This document shows, piece by piece, positions 40,440 through 49,951 of a stretch of 64,000 nt of DNA. Position numbers and translations under genes: made by a program. Positions within the stretch are counted from its first letter, which is position 1. Each line of letters begins with the position of its first letter. Location: the NCBI GenBank assembly GCA_037441705.1, contig JBBIRR010000008.1, positions 1 to 64,000 on the forward strand, given 5' to 3'. The notes beneath the pieces were generated by a model, which saw nothing but the letters and a program-made list of their open reading frames with translations, was not told the DNA's origin and did not search any database. The DNA is from Ignavibacteriales bacterium (GTDB lineage Bacteria; Bacteroidota; Ignavibacteria; UBA10030; UBA6906).

Positions 40440-40781
40440 GGATGTGATCTTGCTGCATGCGTACTGTCGAATATCGCATGTTTGTTGCCCAATGTAACAA
40501 AATGGGCTCCGAAATCCAATCGTTTTTCGTTGTCGGAATTGTCAATCAAGGCTTGCAAAATGTTCAGGTGTTCATTTCTCAGCGGTGAAGGACCAGCCCC
40601 AGAGGTGTTGTCGGTAACAAAAGTGTTATCCTGCAGGGGTTAAGGTGATTTTCCCCACCATTCCGTCAGCAGGTTTGTTCGATATTCAGATGTGCCGATG
40701 TGAGGTGTTACTTTCTTACACACATTGCCGATGGTCGCAGAGAAGGGCGTGGTTTTCTTGTGGAGTTGGAGGCTTTCGGTG

Positions 40782-40797
40782 TGGCACAAAGGTTGAC
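40782..40797 (+). promoter_or_regulatory. possible sigma54 (-24/-12) promoter, GA variant
   Basis: TGGCACAAAGGTTGAC. Confidence 0.35.
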
Positions 40798-40874
40798 TCA
40801 CCTTAACTGATTTACTATCTTTTCTCACAAAGTTTGACGAGATTGTTTCGCACACCAATCGAGCGAAGGGCGTT

Positions 40875-42200
40875 ATGAAGACGTATGTGACGGTTTCAGA
40901 GATCGTGGATATCATTCGGAGACGGAAGCAATTCTTCATCATTCCGTTTCTGATTATCTCTCTTATCAGCGTCATCGGCGCATACATCCTTCCGAAGCGC
41001 TATGAATCCTATACGACGATTCTGATCCAGAAAGAGAAGACGCTCAATCCGCTTCTGGACTGGGGCCGGGCGGTGATGTTTGCGATGGCGGATAACCAGC
41101 TTGCGTCGTTTAACGAAATTGTTCTCAGTCGGACGACGATTCAGACCATGCTGGACAGTCTCGGCATCAAGCCGTCGAAGGGCGAGAAGCTCGATGATCT
41201 CATCGAGGCCACGCGTCGAAAAATCTGGACCGACTTGCGCGGGAACGATTCGTTCAGAATCGGATTTGTGGACAGCGACCCGTATATCTGTCAGCGGGCG
41301 GCGACGATTCTATGCAACATTTACATTCACAAGAGCCTCCAGTCGGATCGCCAGCAGGCTGAGGAGACGGTGAGATTCCTCGAGCAGAAGGTTGAAGAAC
41401 TTCGTCTCCAGTACGAAGCACAGCAACGGGAATATCTTGAGACGCGCCAGCGCGGGCTGGCCTCGGCACCGATCGGCGAAACGGGCTTGCAGGGCATGTT
41501 GGGGAGAGTTCAGGAACAGCTTACCGAGAAAGAGCGAGAATTGGAGCAGCAGCAGCGGGCCCTGAGTCAGCTCAAACTTTTTCAGAACAACTTGGATAAT
41601 CCGGGCGTGGTCAGTCAGATCGCCGCGCTCGATCCCCAGGGTGGAACGATCCTCTATGTGGACACGCTCAAGGCCGTGTCGCTGCGGTACAACCAAATGC
41701 TCAGCCGGTACAAGCCAACGTACCCGGCCGTACAATCTTTACGTCGGGAGCTTTCCGATCTCCTTGCCAAGAGCATCGACGCTCTGGAAGCGCGCGTCGA
41801 GCAAACGAAAGCCGAGCGGGCAAGTCTTGCCAACCGCCGCGAGAAGACGCAACACGATATTTCCAGTTCGATCAATGTTGATATCGTACAGGGCGCCCGC
41901 GGCAGCGAGTATATCCGTGTGAAAGAGAATTATGACGGCGCGAAACAGAAGCTCGATCAGGCTCGCATCGCGAAGGAGCTTACCGACCGAGGCGCAAGCC
42001 GCTACGTGATTCTGGATCCTGCGGAAGTACCGACGACACCCACGAAGCCCAAGAAGCCGGTCATCATCGGCGGCGGCATGGTGCTGGGGTTTATCGTTGG
42101 CCTTGCGGCAATGTTCTTGATGGAATACTACGATCCGACGATTCGGCGAAAGCAGGATATCGAAATCTTTCACAAACCCATCATCGGCTATCTGCCATGA
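40875..42200 (+). CDS. polysaccharide co-polymerase (Wzz/GumC, Wzc N-part)
   Basis: Two terminal TMs, coiled coil, Y.P.YP.V, ILDPA.VP..P.KP. Confidence 0.88.
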   Translation: MKTYVTVSEIVDIIRRRKQFFIIPFLIISLISVIGAYILPKRYESYTTILIQKEKTLNPLLDWGRAVMFAMADNQLASFNEIVLSRTTIQTMLDSLGIKPSKGEKLDDLIEATRRKIWTDLRGNDSFRIGFVDSDPYICQRAATILCNIYIHKSLQSDRQQAEETVRFLEQKVEELRLQYEAQQREYLETRQRGLASAPIGETGLQGMLGRVQEQLTEKERELEQQQRALSQLKLFQNNLDNPGVVSQIAALDPQGGTILYVDTLKAVSLRYNQMLSRYKPTYPAVQSLRRELSDLLAKSIDALEARVEQTKAERASLANRREKTQHDISSSINVDIVQGARGSEYIRVKENYDGAKQKLDQARIAKELTDRGASRYVILDPAEVPTTPTKPKKPVIIGGGMVLGFIVGLAAMFLMEYYDPTIRRKQDIEIFHKPIIGYLP

Positions 42201-42261
42201 GGGTCGTGCTGCATGTGCTTGTGAATGAATAACTCCAGAGGATTTTAATCATTAGAAACTC

Positions 42262-43008
42262 ATGACTCCGAATATCGAAGACGACAATCTCGCGTCAGAC
42301 TACAGCAAGTACGAGGATGATGCCGAGCGGGAACGCTCTCGGCAGCAGCTCATCCGCAAAGGGAAGCTGCTCTTCTATAACCGAAAAGTCACGCCTGAGC
42401 TGGACGAATCGGTCGTATCGGTTCAGCGGTATCACGCGTTTGGGACGAGTCTGTTTCCGAGCAACAACGCCGATGCGCGATTCACCGTAGGCATTACCAG
42501 CGCCGGCACCGGAGAGGGGAAAACCGTTGTTGCAGCAAACCTCGCGACGTTTCTCGCGCTCGACACGGACGATGACACGGTTCTGATCGATCTCAACTTT
42601 TCCAACCCCCGGCAGCATGCTGTGTTCGGCGTTCCGTCTTCGCCCGGGATGCTCGATGCCGTGCACAACGATACGATCACGCTCTCGCGGACATCCATCA
42701 AGGGGTTGTGGCTTGTACCGTTAGGCTCGCTTGAAGAAAGCAAGGGAGGCCTGAGCAGGATTCTTGAAATCCGAGAGGTTGTTGCCACGCTCAAGCAGCA
42801 CTTCCGGTTTGTGGTGATCGACCTTCCCTCGGCGAAGGATCAGAATTTTCCTGCTATGCTCACGAGTCAGCTTGATGGATACATCGTTGTCGTCTCCGTG
42901 GGCAAAACGAAGAAGACCGAGATCAGCAATATCATGCCGATGCTGAACGAGAATAAGGTCATCGGCTTCGTGATGAATCGTGTGTCACACGCGCCGCCGC
43001 AAACATGA
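42262..43008 (+). CDS. CpsD/CapB-type BY-kinase-like ATPase
   Basis: ITSAGTGEGKT..AANLA, VLID, VVIDLP. Confidence 0.82.
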   Translation: MTPNIEDDNLASDYSKYEDDAERERSRQQLIRKGKLLFYNRKVTPELDESVVSVQRYHAFGTSLFPSNNADARFTVGITSAGTGEGKTVVAANLATFLALDTDDDTVLIDLNFSNPRQHAVFGVPSSPGMLDAVHNDTITLSRTSIKGLWLVPLGSLEESKGGLSRILEIREVVATLKQHFRFVVIDLPSAKDQNFPAMLTSQLDGYIVVVSVGKTKKTEISNIMPMLNENKVIGFVMNRVSHAPPQT

Positions 43009-43277
43009 TCGCAATTCTGTTCGTCCTTGCAGGTATCTACTACGTTGCCTATGTGGAATCGCGCCCGAAACCGGAGAGGGCGCACCCGCTGAAGCGCATG
43101 TTTTTTGTCGCGTGCATGGTTGCCGTTTGCATGTATGGTTACTCGCATTACAAAGCGAACCGGCCGCCCATTGTGGATTACTACCGCATAGGCTGGTATT
43201 ATCAGATTCGGGATCTCAACGCGTACTTTATGCAAATGGGCAGTCGGAACCAGATTCCACTCCCTGAGGGTTGGTAG
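43005..43277 (+). CDS. 90-aa two-TM hypothetical protein
   Basis: ATGA-coupled to the upstream gene and abuts the next start; two hydrophobic segments. Confidence 0.6.
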   Translation: MIAILFVLAGIYYVAYVESRPKPERAHPLKRMFFVACMVAVCMYGYSHYKANRPPIVDYYRIGWYYQIRDLNAYFMQMGSRNQIPLPEGW

Positions 43278-44878
43278 TGGGCCGTCGATTCAACCTGCTT
43301 TCTCTTCCATTTATTGAGCGGTGGGGGACAACGCTGTGGACGTGGGGCGGCGTCATCCTCGTTTCCGGGATCGCCGGCGCCCTTAACGTCATCTCACAAG
43401 GGGATGTCCTCTCCATCCTGTTGCTGACCGGCTTAGCGTTGATTATCGGTCTCTCGCTCCTTCGCCCAACGCTCAGTCTGTATTTCCTCGTCTTTCTTGC
43501 CTTGGCCGTTGAGCAGGTTGCGGATTACTATAGCTGGACGTTTGATATCCCCTACCACAAGAATATGAACAACATCCATCCCCGGTTTAGCGGCATTGCG
43601 ATCAATCCGCTGGAGATTCACATTGCCTGCATGATCGTGGGGATGGCTCTTCGGTTTTCGCTGCTCAAAGAAAAACCGATGCCGATTCTGGTGAAGGCCC
43701 CGTTATTCCTCTACGGTTCCTCGATTCTTTTTTTTGTTGTGTACGGCATTATGCGCGGCGGATCGATGTTGCCCGCAATCTGGGAGGTGCGCGGCATCTT
43801 TTATTTGCTTGTGCTCATTCTGCTTGTCCCTCAGCTCATCCGCACGCGGGAGCAGGTCACGGCGATGGTTTGGACGATCCTCGCCGCTCTCACATTCAGG
43901 GCCATTGAAGTCTCCTTCCACTTCATCAGTGCAGGGTTCACGATTGAGGGGAGCACGGGGGGGTGGGGCAATCATGAAGACGCGGGGCTTCAAGCAACAT
44001 TCGTTGTGTTTGTTGCCGGGCTGTATGTGTTGAAGCAGGGCAGTAAGAAGCAAAAGGTTGTTCTCACCGCCTTGATGATCCCTGTCCTTCTTGCCATTGT
44101 CGCATCGGATAGGCGAACCGTGTATCCTGTGTTTGCGGCGAGCTTCACGCTGCTGGCCGTGATGATGCCGGGGGAGTTTCAAAAGAGAGTACTGCGCATC
44201 GGCTGGAAACTGGGGATTCTCTTTATTATCTACGTCGCAGTGTTCTGGAATTCTCGAAGCGAGAGCATCTTCTTGATGCCGGTGAAGAATATCCGCGAAG
44301 GATTGGCCGGTGAAGACCAGGAAGCAGCCGGAGAGTCATACTCCTCCAACCTCTATCGCAAAGTGGAAAACTACGACCTCTTTTCCATGATCAAATCCGA
44401 ACCGCTTCTCGGGCACGGCTACGGCGTGCTGCTGGACTATCGCATGCCGGTGCCTGTTCAGTGGGACCTGGGTTTCTACATTCCTCACAATCAGATTGTG
44501 GGAGTGTTTGCCAAAACGGGTGCCGTGGGGTTTCTGATCTTCCTGCTGTTTTATCTATCTGTCTCGGCGCGTGTTGCGCGTGGATTCGGCGAGCTCGATG
44601 AGCGTGATTATCATCGGGCGATCCTCGTTTTGGTCGGCGCTGCCATCATCAACCACATTGTGTATTCGTTCTTCGATATCATGTTGACGTACTATCGAAA
44701 TAACATCTATCTCGGCATTCTGCTGGGATTGGCAGGCGTGATTTTCGGTTTGCGGCGACAAGAGATGGAACAAACACCGGAGGCAGCGCCTGCGCAGGAG
44801 GAAGTCATCACGCCGCCGGTTCATCAACTTTTGCAACCGCATTCGGAGGAAGTGCCTCTGCTGCGGCTTCGTGAATAG
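43277..44878 (+). CDS. Wzy polymerase / O-antigen ligase family protein
   Basis: ~12 TM, PLLGHGYG..PHNQ..G.VG signature; start GTG 43277 or TTG 43271. Confidence 0.82.
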   Translation: MGRRFNLLSLPFIERWGTTLWTWGGVILVSGIAGALNVISQGDVLSILLLTGLALIIGLSLLRPTLSLYFLVFLALAVEQVADYYSWTFDIPYHKNMNNIHPRFSGIAINPLEIHIACMIVGMALRFSLLKEKPMPILVKAPLFLYGSSILFFVVYGIMRGGSMLPAIWEVRGIFYLLVLILLVPQLIRTREQVTAMVWTILAALTFRAIEVSFHFISAGFTIEGSTGGWGNHEDAGLQATFVVFVAGLYVLKQGSKKQKVVLTALMIPVLLAIVASDRRTVYPVFAASFTLLAVMMPGEFQKRVLRIGWKLGILFIIYVAVFWNSRSESIFLMPVKNIREGLAGEDQEAAGESYSSNLYRKVENYDLFSMIKSEPLLGHGYGVLLDYRMPVPVQWDLGFYIPHNQIVGVFAKTGAVGFLIFLLFYLSVSARVARGFGELDERDYHRAILVLVGAAIINHIVYSFFDIMLTYYRNNIYLGILLGLAGVIFGLRRQEMEQTPEAAPAQEEVITPPVHQLLQPHSEEVPLLRLRE

Positions 44879-45055
44879 AAGGTGATCTCGCGAAGCACAG
44901 TACGTTGCACAGAATTGCCTGCTACAGACGAGAACCAGAAATGCCGATACAACAACATTCAGTTGGAATTCCTGTCTACACGCCGTGCACGGGGGTGAGG
45001 GTCGGATTCGCTGCAACCGAAAACCATATCAGGAAGCGAGACTGACCAAGGCGCC

Positions 45056-46540
45056 ATGAACGAAACGACCGCCTCGATTGCGCGCAACACCAAGGCCATG
45101 ATGTTCTCCCAGATCGTGACGTGGGCGTCATCCTTCGTGTTGATGCTTTTCCTGCCGCGTTATCTCGGTGCTGAAGACTACGGACGCCTCTACTTCGCCA
45201 TCAGCATCAACGCGCTGGGAGCCTTGGCGATGGATCTGGGATTCACGGCGCTCATCGTGAAAGAAATCGCCCGCGATCGCGCAAAGGCCAACAGTCTCGC
45301 CATCAATGCAGGCGTTCTGCGTGTATTGCTGTGGATTGTTTCTCTGGCGTGCACGATGGCATTCGTGAAGCTTGCCGGTTATTCGAGAGAGGCGATGTTT
45401 GTCGTGTTGGTGTTGGGGGGTGCCAACCTGTTCTTTGGGTTGTATGACCTGTTGCATCGCGTGTTTGTCGGTTTGGAGCGAATGGAGTTCCGCTCTTATG
45501 CCCTCATCGTGGAGAAAGTGTTCCTTGCCCTCGCGGGCGTGGGCTTGTTGTTGATGGGAGCCAATTCCCTCGTCATCGCAGGGGTGATGCTGGTGAGCAT
45601 GGCGCTCAACTTTCTCGTGAGCGCGCATTTCCTGCGCAAGATTGTTCCGGTGAAGCTCGACATTGATCCGTCGAGCTGGCGCCCGTTGCTACGGGCCGGC
45701 CTACCGTTCATGATCTCGACAGTGTTGGGGTTTATTTACTACCGTATCGATGTGATGATGCTTTCTACGATGACAAACGAGAAAGTTGTTGGCTGGTATG
45801 GCGCCCCGTACAAGTTGTTCGATACGCTGATGTTCTTTCCGACGATTCTCAACACGGCTGTCTATCCCGTCCTTGCACGGCTCTATCACACATCGAAAGA
45901 GAGCATGGTGGAGACCTCCCGGAAGATTCTCGACCTGACAATGATCATCGCCGTCCCGATTGCCGTCGGCATGGTGGCACTGGCGCGGCCCATCATTTCG
46001 TTTCTATTCGGGCTGAACGAGTTCGAACAGTCGGTTATTCTGTTGCAGGTGCTGGCACCAAGTCTTCTTCTGGTCTATGTGGATTTCGTGCTGAACACCG
46101 TTCTGATCTCCAATGATAGACAGAAGAAGCTTGTCATCGTTTCCATCGTGGCAACGGTGATAAATGTCACCGTGAATTACTACGCGATCGCCTACTTTCA
46201 ACGCAACGCAGGGAACGGCGCAATCGGTGCAGCGATCACAACGGCCATCACCGAGCTGTGTGTCATGAGCATGTCGATCGCCATTCTTCCGAAGGGATGC
46301 TTTGGCGTCCCCAATGTGCTGCTTGCGGGGAAGACACTTGTTGCGGGAGCCGTCATGGGGGCCGTCATCTGGGGATTGGATCATCAGGGCGTGTGGTGGG
46401 TTCTTGCCGGAGCAATCGGAACGGTGGTGTACGGTGGGGCGTTGTTCATCCTGAAGGTCGTCACCAAACGCGAGGTCAGATTCTTCTCGAACCTCTTGCC
46501 GTTTCGCAAAGTCGCGGTGACATCGTCGTCGAATAATTAG
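45056..46540 (+). CDS. Wzx flippase
   Basis: RYLG.EDYG, DLG, IYYRIDVMML, VGWYGAPYKL. Confidence 0.9.
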   Translation: MNETTASIARNTKAMMFSQIVTWASSFVLMLFLPRYLGAEDYGRLYFAISINALGALAMDLGFTALIVKEIARDRAKANSLAINAGVLRVLLWIVSLACTMAFVKLAGYSREAMFVVLVLGGANLFFGLYDLLHRVFVGLERMEFRSYALIVEKVFLALAGVGLLLMGANSLVIAGVMLVSMALNFLVSAHFLRKIVPVKLDIDPSSWRPLLRAGLPFMISTVLGFIYYRIDVMMLSTMTNEKVVGWYGAPYKLFDTLMFFPTILNTAVYPVLARLYHTSKESMVETSRKILDLTMIIAVPIAVGMVALARPIISFLFGLNEFEQSVILLQVLAPSLLLVYVDFVLNTVLISNDRQKKLVIVSIVATVINVTVNYYAIAYFQRNAGNGAIGAAITTAITELCVMSMSIAILPKGCFGVPNVLLAGKTLVAGAVMGAVIWGLDHQGVWWVLAGAIGTVVYGGALFILKVVTKREVRFFSNLLPFRKVAVTSSSNN

Positions 46541-46545
46541 GGGAA

Positions 46546-47814
46546 GTGATTGTACAGATGAAGTTGTTGATGATCTTTCAAACATCGCCGTATCCTCCGG
46601 ACCTCGGACCGACAAAGAGGAACATTCCGCTGTTTCTGGAGAACATCAAGCGGCACGAGGTCTCCGTCCTCGCGTTTGGAACCGAGGAGGAGGAGAAACG
46701 ATTCCGGGAGATGTACGGCGCGCGGTGCAAACACATTGTGTTTGTCAACAACAAGCGTCCCCGCATCGTCAATTTCCTTCTGCGTCTCTGGCTGCTGGCG
46801 ACCGGACGGAGTTCGTTTCGGCGGTTCTACACCCGGAAGTTCGCACGCGCACTGGACGAGCTTTTGAAGCAGGAACGATTCGACCTTATCCACTGCTGCA
46901 CGACGATCCTCGGATACTATCAACTGCCCGCAAACATTCCGCTGGTAGGCGACACACATAACGTCGAGTACGACAACATCTACCGGGCATTCAAGCAGTC
47001 TCATAATCTCATTCTCAAAGCATATTTCTACTGGGACCATCTGCGCTTGAAGCATGAGGAATTGGAGATTACGAGGAAGTTCGACGTCGTCGTAACGACC
47101 ACCGAACGTGATCGGCAGTTGTACCTCAAGGAGTTGCCGGACAAGCCCATGGTCGTCATCCCCAACGGTGTTGAGCCGGCGTTCTTTCAGCGACTTGAGA
47201 TTGCGGAAGAGCCGAAGACGATGGTGTTTACGGGACTGATGAACTATCTTCCGAATCATCACGGGGTTACGTATTTTCTTGACGAGATTTTTCCGTTGAT
47301 CCTCGAACGCGAACCCGATGCGCGTGTCATGATTGTGGGGGCTTTCCCTCCGAAGAAACTCTTGCGACGGGCAAGTGCAAACGTAATCGTGACGGGATGG
47401 GTGGACGATGTGCGCCCGTATTTTCTGCGCGGTCAGGTCTTTATCATTCCGCTGCTGATCGGCGGCGGTATTCGCGGCAAAGCGCTCGAGGCTATGGCGA
47501 TGCGCCGCCCGATTGTGACAACCACTATCGGCTGCGAGGGCATCAACCTGAAACACGAAGAGTCTGCCCTCTTTGCCGACACGCCGAGGGAATTTGCCGA
47601 CGCTGTTGTGCGTCTGTTCAACGACCCGACGCTCAGAGCACGGCTTGCCGAAAATGCGTATCGTAGTGTCGTCGAAGGGTATAGCTGGGAGGTCAACGGC
47701 CTTGCATTCGAGCGCGTGTATCAGTCTCTTGTCCGCTCCAACGGCGAGGACGATCCCTTCCGTCGGGACGAGGCTCGCGCGTCTGTGCGCGCCAATGCCG
47801 TTGATGTCCTCTGA
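46546..47814 (+). CDS. GT4 glycosyltransferase
   Basis: HNVE, IPNGV, FTG.MNY.PN, G.RGKALEAMA. Confidence 0.9.
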   Translation: MIVQMKLLMIFQTSPYPPDLGPTKRNIPLFLENIKRHEVSVLAFGTEEEEKRFREMYGARCKHIVFVNNKRPRIVNFLLRLWLLATGRSSFRRFYTRKFARALDELLKQERFDLIHCCTTILGYYQLPANIPLVGDTHNVEYDNIYRAFKQSHNLILKAYFYWDHLRLKHEELEITRKFDVVVTTTERDRQLYLKELPDKPMVVIPNGVEPAFFQRLEIAEEPKTMVFTGLMNYLPNHHGVTYFLDEIFPLILEREPDARVMIVGAFPPKKLLRRASANVIVTGWVDDVRPYFLRGQVFIIPLLIGGGIRGKALEAMAMRRPIVTTTIGCEGINLKHEESALFADTPREFADAVVRLFNDPTLRARLAENAYRSVVEGYSWEVNGLAFERVYQSLVRSNGEDDPFRRDEARASVRANAVDVL

Positions 47815-47849
47815 TCTTTCTCACATCATCACCTGTACAGGATGAAGCG

Positions 47850-48977
47850 ATGAGTCTCTTGATTCACACCGATTGCCGCTTCTACAAAGGCGCCATGCCG
47901 TGCCAGTTCCACAAGCGCGACGGCAGGCTTTGCGATGGCTGTCAGGATTACGATCCGATCACATTTCGCATTCTCATCGTCAAACTCGCCGCCGTCGGGG
48001 ACGTGTTGCGGACGACGTCGATCCTGCCGGCCCTGAAGAAGAAATACGCGGGCGCCGAAATCACGTGGGTGACGAAAACGAGTGCCGCTCCGCTCTTGCG
48101 CGGCAACCCTCACATCGATCGTGTGTTTGTTACCGAGGGCAGCTTCCTGGAATATCTCCAGAACGAAGAGTTCGACCTCGGCATCTGTCTGGATGCAGAC
48201 CCGCAGAGTGCGACCATCCACAGCGTGGCGCGGTGCAAGGAACGGCGCGGGTTCATCTGCGACAAGGCGGGTCGTGTGCGGCCGGTGGATGAGCGCGCGC
48301 TCGAATGGTGGGAGATGGGTTTGAACGATCAGAAGAAAAAAGCGAACCGCAAGACCTATCAGCACATCATGTACGAAATCTGCGGCCTTGATCTGCCGAC
48401 CGTTCCGCCGCAGTTGATTCTCAACGGTGCGGCCGGTCGCTTCGGGGAACGGTTCGTGCAGGCGCATTCGGGATTGAAGAATGTTCGCAAGATTCTCGGT
48501 GTCAACACCGGCGGTGGCGGACGCTGGCAATACAAGAAGTGGACGTTCGAAGGTTACGTCGGCTTTCTTGATTTGATGAAGCAGCGCCACCCCGATGTGG
48601 GGCTGGTGATTGTGGGCGGACCCGAAGAGGTTGACCTCAATCGTCGCATCATGGCGGCGGTGGGAAGCGGCGTCGTGGACGCAGGATGCAACAATTCGCT
48701 CGATGAATTTGCCGCCATCATCAGCACCTTCGATGTTCTTCTGACCTCCGATAGTTTGGGGATGCACATGGGCGTGGCGCTGGGAAAGCCCACCGTCGTT
48801 CTGGTTGGCCCGACCTCGCCCTGGGAATTGGATGTGTTCGGCAAGGGAGAGGTTGTCTACAGCGACATCGAATGCCTCGTGTGCTATCTCTCGCGGTGCG
48901 ATAAAACGATGACCTGTATGAATACGCTCTCGCCGGAGTACGTTCTCTCGCGTGTGGAGAAGCATCTCGCCATGTAA
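47850..48977 (+). CDS. GT9 (heptosyltransferase-like) glycosyltransferase with Cys-rich termini
   Basis: VKLAAVGDVLRTT, KKW, SDSLGMH, VGPT. Confidence 0.88.
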   Translation: MSLLIHTDCRFYKGAMPCQFHKRDGRLCDGCQDYDPITFRILIVKLAAVGDVLRTTSILPALKKKYAGAEITWVTKTSAAPLLRGNPHIDRVFVTEGSFLEYLQNEEFDLGICLDADPQSATIHSVARCKERRGFICDKAGRVRPVDERALEWWEMGLNDQKKKANRKTYQHIMYEICGLDLPTVPPQLILNGAAGRFGERFVQAHSGLKNVRKILGVNTGGGGRWQYKKWTFEGYVGFLDLMKQRHPDVGLVIVGGPEEVDLNRRIMAAVGSGVVDAGCNNSLDEFAAIISTFDVLLTSDSLGMHMGVALGKPTVVLVGPTSPWELDVFGKGEVVYSDIECLVCYLSRCDKTMTCMNTLSPEYVLSRVEKHLAM

Positions 48978-48998
48978 GGAACAATCCCCGATGCGCTC

Positions 48999-49937
48999 AT
49001 GACACCAACAGATATTCCCCTTGAGGCAACCGCGTCTGGAAGAAAGGAATCCCTTCTGCGTGCCTACATAAAGCTCATCCGCCCGAAGCAGTGGATCAAG
49101 AATCTCTTCGTCTTCGCTCCGCTCATTTTTGCTCAGGAGCTGTTTGATCCGGTGCACCTTCTTCTTGCGTTGAAGGCATTTGCCGGCTTCTGCCTTGTTG
49201 CCAGTGCTGTGTATATCGTGAACGATATCACCGACAGGGAAGCCGACCGAATGCATCCCGAAAAGAAATTCCGTCCGCTTGCAGCAGGAACGATCTCGAT
49301 GTCCGGCGCTTACATCGCTGCGGGAATCCTTTTGGCAGGAGCCGCGCTTCTCTCCTTCAATATGGATCATGGGTTCATCATTCTCCTCTGCATGTACTTC
49401 CTGTTGAACCTTGCGTACTCGTTGAAGTTAAAGGAGGTCGTCCTGTTGGATGTTTTCATCATTGCTGCCGGCTTCATGATCCGTGTGGTCGGGGGGGCGT
49501 ATGCCATTCAGGTCGAAACCTCCACGTGGCTTGTGCTGTGCACGCTGTTCATTTCGCTCTTCCTTGGTTTTGCCAAACGACGAAGTGAACTCATGCAGAT
49601 ACCCGATGCAAACTTTGCCGAGCGCAAGGTGCTGGGGCATTATCGTGTCAGTTTTCTTGATCAGATGTTGACCATCTCGGCGGCGGGCGCGGTGATCTCG
49701 TATGCGCTCTACACGGTTGCCCGACGGACCATGGAACTGTTCGGAACGGACAAGCTTATTTACACGACCGTGTTTGTCATTTACGGCGTGTTCAGATATT
49801 TGTATCTCATCCACACGACCACGACCACGGACAAGCCTGCCGACGTCGTTACGTCGGATGTGCCGATTCTCCTTACGGCGATTCTCTGGGTGCTTGCCTG
49901 CGTCCTGCTCATCTACTTTCGGGAGGCTCTATTCTGA
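48999..49937 (+). CDS. UbiA-family polyprenyl-phosphate phosphoribosyltransferase
   Basis: RPKQWIKNLFVFAP, YIVND..D...DR.HPEK..RPLAAG, KRRSEL. Confidence 0.85.
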   Translation: MTPTDIPLEATASGRKESLLRAYIKLIRPKQWIKNLFVFAPLIFAQELFDPVHLLLALKAFAGFCLVASAVYIVNDITDREADRMHPEKKFRPLAAGTISMSGAYIAAGILLAGAALLSFNMDHGFIILLCMYFLLNLAYSLKLKEVVLLDVFIIAAGFMIRVVGGAYAIQVETSTWLVLCTLFISLFLGFAKRRSELMQIPDANFAERKVLGHYRVSFLDQMLTISAAGAVISYALYTVARRTMELFGTDKLIYTTVFVIYGVFRYLYLIHTTTTTDKPADVVTSDVPILLTAILWVLACVLLIYFREALF

Positions 49938-49951
49938 AACACGGCGGCGAT

